64,000 bases of DNA from positions 74,607-138,606 of IMG/VR virus record IMGVR_UViG_3300021399_000113; one strand, given 5' to 3'. Shown one piece after another: positions 28,640-38,146 of the stretch (positions are counted from its first letter, which is position 1; every line of letters begins with the position of its first letter). Below the pieces are notes generated by a model that was given only the letters and a program-made list of their open reading frames with translations, had not been told where the DNA came from and did not search any database. The DNA is from a virus (lineage: Duplodnaviria > Caudoviricetes). The position numbers were made by a program, and so were the translations under genes.

Positions 28640-29128
28640 ATGAAACATAGATTAAATGAAGGATGCACTTCAAAAAAGAAACACTTAAGGTCATTCAGAG
28701 AAGATTGGGATGACTTTGGTAATGAGTGGGAAGAGATAGATTCTAAACAGGTTCAAGATTCTGATGGATTTTGGACAGACTACACTTGGTATTCTAATGG
28801 AGAAAAGCATATCTTTATGTTTGGTGATAAAGAACTCTATGAGCCAGATGAAGATTATGCTGACTGGGAAACCGAGGACGAGGAAACCGCACAGATATGG
28901 TTCAATACCTATGAAGGGTTTACTGACGATGACGAGATAGAGGAAACCGAGGAAGAAGAAGTGATAGACGAAAATCTCAACGAATCAATTCTTGATAAAG
29001 GATTAAAGGCTAACGTTAATGGAGTTGAGTGTAACACAGTAGAGGCAGTCACCAAAGAGGTTATTAACTCTATAAAACAGTACAGATTCCATAATGGTGA
29101 TGATTCAATCAACATCACTGTTGGATAG
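28640..29128 (+). CDS. Acidic protein with MKHRLNE leader
   Basis: DSDGFWTDYTWY acidic domain flanked by FRED and LNES sites. Confidence 0.65.
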   Translation: MKHRLNEGCTSKKKHLRSFREDWDDFGNEWEEIDSKQVQDSDGFWTDYTWYSNGEKHIFMFGDKELYEPDEDYADWETEDEETAQIWFNTYEGFTDDDEIEETEEEEVIDENLNESILDKGLKANVNGVECNTVEAVTKEVINSIKQYRFHNGDDSINITVG

Positions 29129-29140
29129 GGGTTGGTATAA

Positions 29141-29827
29141 ATGAAATTTAGATTATTAGAATCTTATGAAGATACCGAAGAATTTATTGATAATGAGCTT
29201 CTTGATGAGGATATAAACGAAGAAGATGATTTAGATGAATATTTTTATAATCATTTAAAGGAAGACGACTTAGAAGAAGCTTTTAATGTAGGGGATAAGG
29301 TTAAGGTTAACAAGACTGGTCGTAAAGGTGTTGTGAGTAAGAAGCGAAAAACTCTGTATGATGTAAAATTAGATGCAGACAGAGTGCATAAACCAGAGCA
29401 AGATGTCTTTTATGACCATGAGTTATCACTTACTGAGGGGGCTAACATTGACACAGATATTACAGTGACTGCTGAAGAAGATTTAACAGGTCCTGTTACT
29501 GATAAAGATAATGGCATTTCTAATTTATTAATTGCTTTGATTAACGATGAGTGGAATGCTATTAGTCAGTATAATGATTTTATAGTCAATGCTAAAGCAC
29601 AAGGCTATACAGATACTGAGTCTATTATCAATGATATTATCACAGAAGAACATAAGCATATCGGTCAGCTACAGTCCATCCTTAAAACTATTTCTACAGC
29701 AACAGACGCTATTGATACTGGAATAGTTGAGGGTGAGCAACAAATGTTGGATGATGACACTGATGATGATGTGGCTGGATTAGACGTAATAGCAGACGCT
29801 ACTGCTAATTATTTTAAGGGTAGATAA
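29141..29827 (+). CDS. MKFRLLE-leader protein with KOW/SH3-like and ferritin-like domains
   Basis: FNVGDKVKV; LINDEWNAISQY...IITEEHKHIGQL (ExxH di-iron-type motif). Confidence 0.65.
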   Translation: MKFRLLESYEDTEEFIDNELLDEDINEEDDLDEYFYNHLKEDDLEEAFNVGDKVKVNKTGRKGVVSKKRKTLYDVKLDADRVHKPEQDVFYDHELSLTEGANIDTDITVTAEEDLTGPVTDKDNGISNLLIALINDEWNAISQYNDFIVNAKAQGYTDTESIINDIITEEHKHIGQLQSILKTISTATDAIDTGIVEGEQQMLDDDTDDDVAGLDVIADATANYFKGR

Positions 29828-30772
29828 ATGAAATTAAGTGTTGAAGTCTCTCTTAAATTTAGAGAGGCATTACAAAATGATAATTTTCCACTGATTAAAA
29901 AATCTTTATTGGCATTATATAGAGAGTTACCCCAATTATTATCAGAGGAACTTTTACAAGAAGATGAAGTAAATGTTGATACTAACATAATCAAAGAAAT
30001 GTCTGATAATGTATCTACCTATACTTCGTTGCTTGAGTGTAAGAACTCTTGGGATTATGTAGTAAAGAAATTTTTTGATTTGTGTGAAGCACAAGGGATT
30101 AGTATTCCTACGTCAGATACATCAGATAAGACTAAGGAGTTGGAAGAGAGTATGAAAGTCGTAAAGACAAAGAATTTGAATGAAGCCTTAGAAGATAATA
30201 TGGAGTTATGCAACAACATGGATGAGGGAACAGATAACCTTGTTGTTAACGTATCCCCTACATTTGCTAAGACTGTTAAAGACCACAAGAAATCCAGAAA
30301 AGAACTGGCTAAGATGTGGAAGGATTTATATAAGGACGCTAAAAAGAACGGATTTAAAGAACCATTGGAAGAAGAGAGACGTTCATTCTACGCTGATGCT
30401 TATAACGCTTTGCTAAAGGTATTTAAAGAGTGGAGAGCATACTTCACTGATTTTGATGATTTTATTGATAAATTCTCCAGCGTAGCAAAAGATGTTTACT
30501 TCTATGATGAAGATAATCATGATGATTTAACTGAGGCAGTTGATGAGGCAGACGCAACATCTGAGGAAGAGACAGAAGCCTTTCTTAAAAAGTATACAGA
30601 TGATTACACAAAAGCAAGCGGTGCAGTAAGAACTTACTACAGAACTGAGAAAGATAATGCTCGTAAGATTTTAAGACAGCATTATGGAAATGTAGAAGTT
30701 TCCGATGGTAGACAAGATGAAGATGATGAAATGAATTGGGTTCTTGCATTTAGCAGACCTAAAAAGGATTGA
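29828..30772 (+). CDS. Modular hypothetical protein with multiple LxE sites
   Basis: LEES, LNEA, LEEE, LTEA. Confidence 0.6.
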   Translation: MKLSVEVSLKFREALQNDNFPLIKKSLLALYRELPQLLSEELLQEDEVNVDTNIIKEMSDNVSTYTSLLECKNSWDYVVKKFFDLCEAQGISIPTSDTSDKTKELEESMKVVKTKNLNEALEDNMELCNNMDEGTDNLVVNVSPTFAKTVKDHKKSRKELAKMWKDLYKDAKKNGFKEPLEEERRSFYADAYNALLKVFKEWRAYFTDFDDFIDKFSSVAKDVYFYDEDNHDDLTEAVDEADATSEEETEAFLKKYTDDYTKASGAVRTYYRTEKDNARKILRQHYGNVEVSDGRQDEDDEMNWVLAFSRPKKD

Positions 30773-30797
30773 CATCATTCTTAAAATGTGATAAAAT
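30769..30797 (+). promoter_or_regulatory. sigmaA/70-type promoter
   Basis: TTGACA-17-TAAAAT with TG extension. Confidence 0.7.
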
Positions 30798-30827
30798 AGT
30801 AATAATAAATTAAGGAGATGTCAAACT

Positions 30828-31148
30828 ATGGCAAGAGTAAGAAAATCAGATTTATGGCAAGATGTTTATGACGCAGTTCTTAAGGGTAGAGAGTTTTCTG
30901 CAAATGATGTTGGTATTGATTATGATAACAATATTATTTGTTACTGTAAGGACGATAAGGCTCTTGAAAAAGCAAAGGCAGTTGCAGAAAAGTTTGGTCT
31001 TAAGACCAGCGCAGTAAAAGAGCGCATGATTACTGTGAAGTCAGAAAAGAAGACATCCGCTGATAAGAAAGATGATAAGAAGAAATCAGAGGATGAAAAT
31101 AAAATGTATAAAGTCATAACACTTTATCTTCCAAAATCTTCAGATTGA
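30828..31148 (+). CDS. Hypothetical protein
   Basis: AAGGAG RBS. Confidence 0.65.
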   Translation: MARVRKSDLWQDVYDAVLKGREFSANDVGIDYDNNIICYCKDDKALEKAKAVAEKFGLKTSAVKERMITVKSEKKTSADKKDDKKKSEDENKMYKVITLYLPKSSD

Positions 31149-31170
31149 ATTAAATAAATTAATTGTATAG

Positions 31171-31203
31171 ATAAGAGGATAAACAAATTTATCCTCTTAT
31201 TTT
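31171..31203 (+). terminator. Hairpin directly after TTGTATA motif
   Basis: ATAAGAGGATAAA-CAAA-TTTATCCTCTTAT-TTT. Confidence 0.65.
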
Positions 31204-31226
31204 GGTAATAAAGGAGTTATAATAAA

Positions 31227-32357
31227 ATGTCGATTGTATATAATAGAACTGTTTGGCAGAACTATGTATCGGCTCTTTCAGAAACACCCCTTAACAATAT
31301 AGAATTAGGTATTACTGAGGTTGTTAATGTACTTAATACGTTGGGAATTCAGCCATCACATATAGACTTTATTGAAAGTCTTATGCAAGGTGTGGGTAAT
31401 TCATCTACTCCAATGTACATTGCAAGTGATGGAACACCACAAGAAGTTGGGCAAATCAGCGTTGCACATGGTGGTACTGGTCTTAACACATTAGCATCTG
31501 GTAAGTTGCTTGTCGGTAATGGAACTAATGCAGTTAATTTTAGAGAGATTCAAAATGAAACTGGTGGGGCAGTTCCAATTACTGAGTCTGTGAAAATTCC
31601 AACTGCAAATACTATTAAAAGATGGAATGGTGCTCATGATTCAAATAACAATTCTAATCTTGAGTATGTTAAGTTGGGAAAACTTGGAGACGCTTGTATT
31701 AAGGCTGTATCGACACAAGGTGTTAACAATGATGGAGATAATCTTGTCACAGAGGCACAAGTTAAAGCGTTTGTTGAGGGTAAAGGATATATCACAGCGT
31801 ATGTCGATACAAAGAATACTGCTGGAGCATTAAATAAAAATTCAACAAAGTTATATCTTGTTGGAGCAGAATCACAAACAGCAAATCCACAGACATCTAC
31901 AAATTCCAAGAACTATGTGGGAACAGATGGTCATTTATATTCTAACGAGAAACAAGTTGTAAATGTATCAGATACACAAACAGTATCTAATAAAACATTT
32001 ACTAACAATACTTATGAAGGATATTCGTTAGGAGATGCTTGTGCTAAAGGTGTAGACAGTACTGATGGTGGAACTGCTGGCTCTAATGCTCTTATAACAT
32101 CTGGAGCAGTTAACTCATTAAAACAACAGACAATTACAAGCATTTCTTTTCCATCAGCGGGTGTTTGTAGAGTTGTTCAGAATGGTCAATCATCTGATTT
32201 ACCATTTTCTACATCAGCACAAGCTACATATATTGGTAGTACTGCCCCAAGTAATACACAGTTGGTGTGGATAGATAGTGCTAATGGGTACATACTTAAG
32301 GTTTATGATAGTACACAGCAACGCTGGATTACACCGAGAGCAGTATGGGGTAACTAA
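31227..32357 (+). CDS. Tail-fibre-like virion protein
   Basis: ISVAHGGTG..TL..GKLLVGNGT, repeated LGDAC.K.V, YIGSTAPSNT..VWID fibre motifs. Confidence 0.7.
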   Translation: MSIVYNRTVWQNYVSALSETPLNNIELGITEVVNVLNTLGIQPSHIDFIESLMQGVGNSSTPMYIASDGTPQEVGQISVAHGGTGLNTLASGKLLVGNGTNAVNFREIQNETGGAVPITESVKIPTANTIKRWNGAHDSNNNSNLEYVKLGKLGDACIKAVSTQGVNNDGDNLVTEAQVKAFVEGKGYITAYVDTKNTAGALNKNSTKLYLVGAESQTANPQTSTNSKNYVGTDGHLYSNEKQVVNVSDTQTVSNKTFTNNTYEGYSLGDACAKGVDSTDGGTAGSNALITSGAVNSLKQQTITSISFPSAGVCRVVQNGQSSDLPFSTSAQATYIGSTAPSNTQLVWIDSANGYILKVYDSTQQRWITPRAVWGN

Positions 32358-32360
32358 TAA

Positions 32361-33734
32361 ATGATTACAGCAGATGAATTAATTCAATTAAGAGAAAAAG
32401 TAAAAAATGAAATAGATAGACGATGTTCATTCAATGGATATGGTAGAAATCTGCTTAACCCTTCTCTGTATGAATGGGGAACAGAAGGACAGCCAGTTCA
32501 AGGTGGAATGGTCTATGGTTCACAAGGTAAGACTGTAGTTGATTCATTATTAACAATTGCAGATATAGGTAATTTACGAAATGTTCAGCCCAATGAGCCA
32601 ATCCCAGATTCTTTTGATAATGATACATTAAGTGGAATTGTAGATTTATTAGCAGAAGAAGGACAGCATGATGAAAACTCATCTTGTCGTGGAGCATGTA
32701 CAGGACTTTGTGTGGGTACATGTGCTGGTGATTGTACGAGTGGGTGCGTGAGTGACTGTACGGGGGGTTGTGGCTCAACGTGTACTGGTACTTGTGGTGG
32801 AGATTGTACAGGTGCTTGTAGTGGTGTATGTACATCTTGTTCATCTGAGTGTGTAGATTCATGTATAGATGGATGCACATCTACTTGTGGAAGTGAGTGC
32901 AGTGGACATTGCGGAAATAGCTGTACGGGAGGATGTGGTACTACTTGTACAGGAAATTGTGCATCTACTTGTAGTGCAAGTTGCAGTGGTGGCTGTTCCG
33001 CTTCATGTGGTGGCTGTAGTGGCTGTGATGGCTGTAGTGGCTGTGGCAGTGGCTGTGATAGAGGATGTAGCGGTTGCAGTGGTGGCTGTTATGGTTGCGG
33101 TGGCTGTGGCAGTAGCTGTGATGGCTGTAGTGGCGGTTGCTATGGGGCGACAGGGGACACAACGTGTGGTTCTTCTTGTTCAGCCGAGTGTGCGGGCTGC
33201 CAAGGAGGCTGTGCTGGCGACTGTGATGGCAGTTGCTATTGGTCTTGCGGTGGTTGCAGTGGTGGTTGCACAGGTAGGTGTACAGGCTGTAGCAGTTGCA
33301 GTGGTGGTTGTGATGGTTGCGGTGACTGTGATGGCAGTTGTAGCGGTTGCAGTAGCTGTAGTGGATGTAGTGGATGTAGCGGTAGCTGTGATGGGTGTTC
33401 ATCGGGATGTAAAACATCTTGTTCTGTAACTTGTGGTAGTAACTGCACATCTTGTAGCGCAGTTTGTGCTAATAACTGTGGAACAGATTGTGCTGGGTCA
33501 TGTTCTAATGTTTGTACACAATCTTGTGGTGGTGGTTGTCAAGGAACTTGTTCTAATGGCTGTGATAGCGGTTGTAATCTTTGTACAAGTGCTTGTACTA
33601 CCTCTTGTACAAGTTGTAATGCAACGTGTGAAAATTCTTGTATGACCACTTGTGAAAGTACTTGCTACTCCAATTGTACAAGCGGATGTTATGGTGGTGC
33701 AACAGGTACAGTGATTGGTCCTGTTATCGGCTGA
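32361..33734 (+). CDS. Very long CXXX/CXX-repeat Cys-rich protein (radical SAM target, TIGR04114-like repeats)
   Basis: About 108-aa non-repetitive N-domain followed by about 89 Cys spaced every 3-4 residues. Confidence 0.85.
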   Translation: MITADELIQLREKVKNEIDRRCSFNGYGRNLLNPSLYEWGTEGQPVQGGMVYGSQGKTVVDSLLTIADIGNLRNVQPNEPIPDSFDNDTLSGIVDLLAEEGQHDENSSCRGACTGLCVGTCAGDCTSGCVSDCTGGCGSTCTGTCGGDCTGACSGVCTSCSSECVDSCIDGCTSTCGSECSGHCGNSCTGGCGTTCTGNCASTCSASCSGGCSASCGGCSGCDGCSGCGSGCDRGCSGCSGGCYGCGGCGSSCDGCSGGCYGATGDTTCGSSCSAECAGCQGGCAGDCDGSCYWSCGGCSGGCTGRCTGCSSCSGGCDGCGDCDGSCSGCSSCSGCSGCSGSCDGCSSGCKTSCSVTCGSNCTSCSAVCANNCGTDCAGSCSNVCTQSCGGGCQGTCSNGCDSGCNLCTSACTTSCTSCNATCENSCMTTCESTCYSNCTSGCYGGATGTVIGPVIG

Positions 33735-33759
33735 CAAAACACAGAATATGTTGTATAAT
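33731..33759 (+). promoter_or_regulatory. Promoter (sigmaA-like, overlapping TTGTATA motif) for the maturase genes
   Basis: CTGACA-17-TATAAT. Confidence 0.6.
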
Positions 33760-33818
33760 AGATACGTAGAAATAGAAACTGACAAATTAAATTTTTGATT
33801 TAAGGAGAAACACACATA

Positions 33819-34157
33819 ATGTTTACAAAAGTAATTATTATTGATAGTGAAGTAAGAGATTACATTGAGCGACTTGGACATGAGGTTGATGGAGCAAAAG
33901 AACTTATTGCTTACATGATTGATAGTGGAAGAGATATTAAAACAGATACTTTTAAGGAATATCATGATGAGTACGCCAAAGCCTTAGCCGCTTATAATAT
34001 TGCAAAAGAAGAGCTGGAAAATAAGTATATTCCAAAGGCACTGCTTGGCAGAAATGCAGGTACAGAATGGGAACTCAAGTTTGAAACAGCGGAACTTACC
34101 ATTACAAATAACGGTAAGACGATTACAGAGGAAGAGTTTAATTCATTTTTTAATTAA
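33819..34157 (+). CDS. CXXX-repeat modification system accessory protein (TIGR04116-like)
   Basis: Position between target and maturase; RDYIERL...WELKFET.ELTI pattern. Confidence 0.6.
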   Translation: MFTKVIIIDSEVRDYIERLGHEVDGAKELIAYMIDSGRDIKTDTFKEYHDEYAKALAAYNIAKEELENKYIPKALLGRNAGTEWELKFETAELTITNNGKTITEEEFNSFFN

Positions 34158-34172
34158 TATTTAATTTAACCT

Positions 34173-34212
34173 TCATTCCTAACTTGAATTAAATCGAGTT
34201 AGGAATGATTTT
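34173..34212 (+). terminator. Hairpin/attenuator upstream of the radical SAM gene
   Basis: TCATTCCTAACTTGA...TCGAGTTAGGAATGA-TTTT. Confidence 0.55.
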
Positions 34213-34224
34213 ACTGGAGATAGA

Positions 34225-36690
34225 ATGTCAAGGAACAGAAAGAAATTTGAACAATATCAAGATTTAATTGCAAGGTTATATCCCGAATTAACTAAACATA
34301 ATAGTAGTGATGACCAGTCTCACGGAGCAGAAAGAGTGCTGACAAGGACTGTCACTCTACAGGTGACTGACAAGTGCAATCTTGCTTGTAGTTATTGCTA
34401 CCAAATAAATAAGGGAGTAAGAAGAATGTCGCTTGAAACTGCAAAGAAGTTCATTGACCTGCTTCTTACAGGAGAAAAAGGTTTTAGCAATTATGTTGAC
34501 CCGTCATTCTCTCCTGCAATCGTTCTTGAATTTATCGGTGGTGAACCTTTTCTTGAAATAGAGTTAATTGACAAGGTTTGTGATTATTTCGTAGATAAAG
34601 CAATTGAATTAAGGCATCCTTGGGCAAAGAATTTTAGATTTAGTATCTGTTCGAATGGAGTTCTCTATAGAGACCCAAAGGTACAGAAGTTCTTAAACAA
34701 GTGGAAGAATAAATTATCATTCTCTATAACAATAGATGGTGACAAAGAATTACATGACACTTGCCGAGTATTCCCAGATGGGAGTCCTTCTTATGACATT
34801 GCCATAGAGGGTGCTAAGGATTGGATGGCAAAAGGAAATTATATGGGAAGTAAGATTACTATTGCTCCGCAAAATCTTCATTGTTTCAGTAGAGCACTTA
34901 AGCATATGATTTCTTTAGGGTATGATGAGATTAATTGTAACTGTGTTTATGAGGATGTATGGAAACCCGAACATGGGAAACAGTTATATGACCAATTAAA
35001 GGAAACAGCAGATTATCTTTTAGATAATAATTTAGAAAAAGATATATATGTATCTATTTTAGCAGAAGATAATTTTCATCCAAAGGATGTGAATGATTTA
35101 CAGACTTGGTGTTGGGGAAAAGGCACACCAATTTTAACCACGAAAGGATATAAACCAATAGAGGATATAGCGGTTGGTGATGAGGTATATACTCCGCAGG
35201 GGCATATTAAACCTGTCATTAATGTTATGAGTCATGTAGCTGATAATTGTGTGGAGATTAGCGGTTGTGGTATTCTGCCTATGATATGCACTAAAGACCA
35301 TAGATTGTGGGCTTCTCCGTTTGATTATCGGGGTTGGAAAAATACCCCTCATTATAAACCTTTTGGTGCTTACAGCATTGAAGAAATCATTGATACAAAA
35401 TATCCTACTCGAAGTAGAATTAAGACAGGTGTATTGCCTAATAATCGTACAGTTCATGTAGACCCTAATGTAGCTTACTTACTTGGTCGTACAATAGGTG
35501 ATGGTTGGGTAGCCGATGATATACCCGCTGTATGTTGTGGCAAAGATGAACTGTCCGAAGTGATAAAATGTTTCAATGATGCTAAAATTGCATATCGTAT
35601 TTCAGAGTCAAATACCACATATGATTTTTATGCAACAAAAAAACTTAATATGGGTAACGATAATTATGCTCTTTATAGTAAGTTATGTTTAGATATGGGG
35701 CACAAATCAGTAAATAAACACATTCCTTCCGAGTGCTTTAATTGGGATGATGAATCCCTTGAGGCATTATTACAAGGTTATGTGAGTGCAGATGGGCACA
35801 TTAGAGCAAATCGAAATATATATGTCATTAAAACTTCATCAAAAAGACTTGCAGAAGATGTTATGTTAGTGTGCCGTACACTTGGATATAACCCTATGTG
35901 TGATACCCCTCAACGGGTTAACGGGAAAACCGAAACAATTATGGGTCGGTTGACGCACAGAAATGGGGACGTATTTACGGTGCGTTGGAGTTTCGAAAAG
36001 CACAATGGTAAATTCTACTATGAGGATGAAGACGGGATGTTTACATCTAAACTTCGGGTTGTGTCAGCACCCACTCAAGCTGTGTATAACATAACAGTAG
36101 CCGATGACCATTCCTACATTGCGGGTTCACTTGCCTCTAAAAATTGTGGGGGACTTGGTGACATGCTTGCCTGTGACCCCGATGGTAAATTATTCCCTTG
36201 TATTAGATATATGGAAAGTTCATTAGGGAACACTGTCCCTCCTGTTATTATTGGAGATGTCGATAATGGTGTGTGCCAAAGACCGCACGAACAGAAGTTA
36301 CTCTGTGATATGTGTGCGGTCAATAGACGTACATATAATACAGATGAATGTTTCTATTGCCCTATTTATCAAGGGTGTGCAGAATGCTCCGCTTATAACT
36401 ATCAGTTAAGTGGTGGAGATTTCAACAAACGTGCAACGTGTATCTGCATTACACATAAAGCAAGATGCTTAGCAAATGCTTACTATTGGTCAAAATTTTA
36501 CGAAAAGAACGAACCTCAGAGCAAATTTAAGTTTTATATACCAGACGAGTGGGCATTACAAGTTATTGACAAAGATGAATTAGATATGATAAAATCATTA
36601 CCGAACATAGAGCTTTGTCAAACAACATGGCAAGAATTGAGGGACAAAGACTTAAATGGTGAAGATAAGCAAAAAGAAGAAGTTCAGTAA
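34225..36690 (+). CDS. Radical SAM/SPASM peptide maturase (CXXX-repeat target family, TIGR04115-like), intein-containing
   Basis: CNLACSYC, FIGGEPFL, SITIDG; SPASM CGG...DG.LFPC...CFYCP...GC..C...C. Confidence 0.92.
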   Translation: MSRNRKKFEQYQDLIARLYPELTKHNSSDDQSHGAERVLTRTVTLQVTDKCNLACSYCYQINKGVRRMSLETAKKFIDLLLTGEKGFSNYVDPSFSPAIVLEFIGGEPFLEIELIDKVCDYFVDKAIELRHPWAKNFRFSICSNGVLYRDPKVQKFLNKWKNKLSFSITIDGDKELHDTCRVFPDGSPSYDIAIEGAKDWMAKGNYMGSKITIAPQNLHCFSRALKHMISLGYDEINCNCVYEDVWKPEHGKQLYDQLKETADYLLDNNLEKDIYVSILAEDNFHPKDVNDLQTWCWGKGTPILTTKGYKPIEDIAVGDEVYTPQGHIKPVINVMSHVADNCVEISGCGILPMICTKDHRLWASPFDYRGWKNTPHYKPFGAYSIEEIIDTKYPTRSRIKTGVLPNNRTVHVDPNVAYLLGRTIGDGWVADDIPAVCCGKDELSEVIKCFNDAKIAYRISESNTTYDFYATKKLNMGNDNYALYSKLCLDMGHKSVNKHIPSECFNWDDESLEALLQGYVSADGHIRANRNIYVIKTSSKRLAEDVMLVCRTLGYNPMCDTPQRVNGKTETIMGRLTHRNGDVFTVRWSFEKHNGKFYYEDEDGMFTSKLRVVSAPTQAVYNITVADDHSYIAGSLASKNCGGLGDMLACDPDGKLFPCIRYMESSLGNTVPPVIIGDVDNGVCQRPHEQKLLCDMCAVNRRTYNTDECFYCPIYQGCAECSAYNYQLSGGDFNKRATCICITHKARCLANAYYWSKFYEKNEPQSKFKFYIPDEWALQVIDKDELDMIKSLPNIELCQTTWQELRDKDLNGEDKQKEEVQ
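35110..36144 (+). mobile_element. Intein (345 aa) with LAGLIDADG homing endonuclease in the radical SAM maturase
   Basis: Starts CWGKGTPILT; block B CTKDHRLW; YLLGRTIGDG and LLQGYVSADG; ends VYNITV.DDHSYIAG...SKN|C; splicing restores QTW-CGG. Confidence 0.88.
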
Positions 36691-36886
36691 TTTCATAGTA
36701 ATACTTGCAATAGTTTCTATTATAGCATATACTGCTGTGTGTTTAGCAATACTGCTTACTGGTGGAAGTTTAGAGGGGGTTGAATCCCTTACTGAAAATT
36801 GGTATAATTTCTGGACAACAGAAGTGTTTGCACTTGCTTGTATTAAAACGTTTAAAGTAATAAGAAAGAGTGACGATGATGAATAG
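36656..36886 (+). CDS. Small membrane protein (holin-like)
   Basis: KKKK followed by two TM segments. Confidence 0.55.
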   Translation: MVKISKKKKFSNFIVILAIVSIIAYTAVCLAILLTGGSLEGVESLTENWYNFWTTEVFALACIKTFKVIRKSDDDE

Positions 36887-37547
36887 TGAAGAGAAAGCGG
36901 TAGCATTGGCAAATTATCTTGGTATTGGTGTAGAGGATGTAGCACCAGAGAAATATGATGATAATGCCTTTGAAACTCCAGAGGGAGAGTATCTTGTATT
37001 AGATGAAGATGAGATTTTTGAATACGTTAAAACTGATGTAGAAAATCTCATTGACGATATAGGGCTTAGTGCATTTACGTCAGATTTTCAGTCTTGGATT
37101 TTTGACTATGCAGTATCAAATAACGATTGGTTTGATGAGGCAATGGATGAGTCCAATAGATTTTATGCAGAAGACATTATGGGTGAATCTGACAATAAAT
37201 ATGCCAGCAGATTTATTCAAGAGTGTGTAGAGCGTAATATCTTATCCGATGAGGATTTAGTTGAAACTGAGGATGGACTTGATTATCCAGAAGGAAAATC
37301 TAACGAAGATTATATTGAAGATTTTGTAGCATCTCTTAATGACGACTATGAAGATGGTATTACATGGTTTAGAGACAATTTTGGTGACGATGAATTTAGG
37401 AGAGCTGTAAATGAATATCTTAATGTTAATACAGATGCCATTGCTGAAAAGTTGATTGACCTTGATGGGGTAGGAAACTCACTTGCGAGCTATGATGGTA
37501 AAGAAATTGATTTAGGTGATGGACTGTATGCTTACAGAACGAATTAA
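36870..37547 (+). CDS. Highly acidic protein (candidate anti-restriction DNA mimic)
   Basis: D/E-rich; C-terminal DG.G..LASYDGKE..L...Y.YR.N. Confidence 0.6.
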   Translation: MTMMNSEEKAVALANYLGIGVEDVAPEKYDDNAFETPEGEYLVLDEDEIFEYVKTDVENLIDDIGLSAFTSDFQSWIFDYAVSNNDWFDEAMDESNRFYAEDIMGESDNKYASRFIQECVERNILSDEDLVETEDGLDYPEGKSNEDYIEDFVASLNDDYEDGITWFRDNFGDDEFRRAVNEYLNVNTDAIAEKLIDLDGVGNSLASYDGKEIDLGDGLYAYRTN

Positions 37548-37557
37548 GGAGTAGAGA

Positions 37558-37977
37558 ATGAGTGGATTAATGAATTTTATTGATTTGATTAGAGACCACT
37601 GGACAGAAATTCTTATGCTTGTAGCAGTAGTAGGTGGTTGTGCTTATTGGGTTTACGGATTTGTAACAACCAATAAAGGAAATCTTAAAGAAGCAACTAT
37701 TGAACTTGCAAAGAAACAGGTTAAGAACATTATGCTCAGACTTGTTTCTGATGCAGAGATGGAATGGGGCAGTGATACTGGAAAGATAAAGAGAAGCCAA
37801 GTAATTGACGCAGTATTTGATAGATACCCCATTCTCAGACAAGTAACAAATCAAGATGAATTACTTGAATGGTTAGATACTATTATTGACCAAGCCCTTG
37901 TTGAGATGAGGGAAATCCTCAAGGCACAAGAGGCTGTAGATGTCCTTGTTGAAGATAAAGAAGACGAGAATAACTAA
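37558..37977 (+). CDS. Holin-like protein (LL-H type)
   Basis: N-terminal TM; LV..AE...G..TG..K...V...I..A..EM. Confidence 0.55.
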   Translation: MSGLMNFIDLIRDHWTEILMLVAVVGGCAYWVYGFVTTNKGNLKEATIELAKKQVKNIMLRLVSDAEMEWGSDTGKIKRSQVIDAVFDRYPILRQVTNQDELLEWLDTIIDQALVEMREILKAQEAVDVLVEDKEDENN

Positions 37978-37983
37978 TCTTAC

Positions 37984-38046
37984 TGTCGGACTGGAGACGT
38001 TATAAACCCATTCGAGAGGTCTAAGTTAGAGACCATAAATACTAAC
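37984..38046 (+). ncRNA. Putative tandem H-type pseudoknots in 3' UTR
   Basis: GGTCT-aagttag-AGACC-ataaata-CTAAC (loop GTTAG pairs with CTAAC); weaker upstream TGTC..GACG-ttataaa-CCCA. Confidence 0.4.
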
Positions 38047-38048
38047 AC

Positions 38049-38076
38049 AAAAGGGCTATGCAATGTAGCCCTTTTT
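38049..38076 (+). terminator. Intrinsic terminator
   Basis: AAAAGGGCTA-TGCAATG-TAGCCCTTTTT. Confidence 0.8.
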
Positions 38077-38084
38077 ATTATCTA

Positions 38085-38113
38085 TTGACATTTTGTAATA
38101 ATTAGTGTATAAT
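38085..38113 (+). promoter_or_regulatory. sigmaA/70-type promoter
   Basis: TTGACA-17-TATAAT. Confidence 0.8.
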
Positions 38114-38146
38114 AAAATTGGAATAAGAATATTCATAGTGAGGTGA

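Noticed and set aside
32455-33645. Alternative-frame and antisense ORFs over the Cys-rich gene (Val/Ala-rich, His-rich, Gln/Pro-rich)
   Set aside because: Shadows of the stop-poor TGT/AGT/GGC repeats; no RBS; the Cys frame matches the adjacent maturase family.
32361-33734. Diversity-generating retroelement target or metallothionein
   Set aside because: No reverse transcriptase or template/variable repeat pair is visible; the adjacent radical SAM maturase explains the repeats better.
38014-38046. preQ1-I riboswitch
   Set aside because: Pseudoknot topology is similar, but the element lies 3' of a gene, is not upstream of queuosine genes, and lacks the typical loop consensus.
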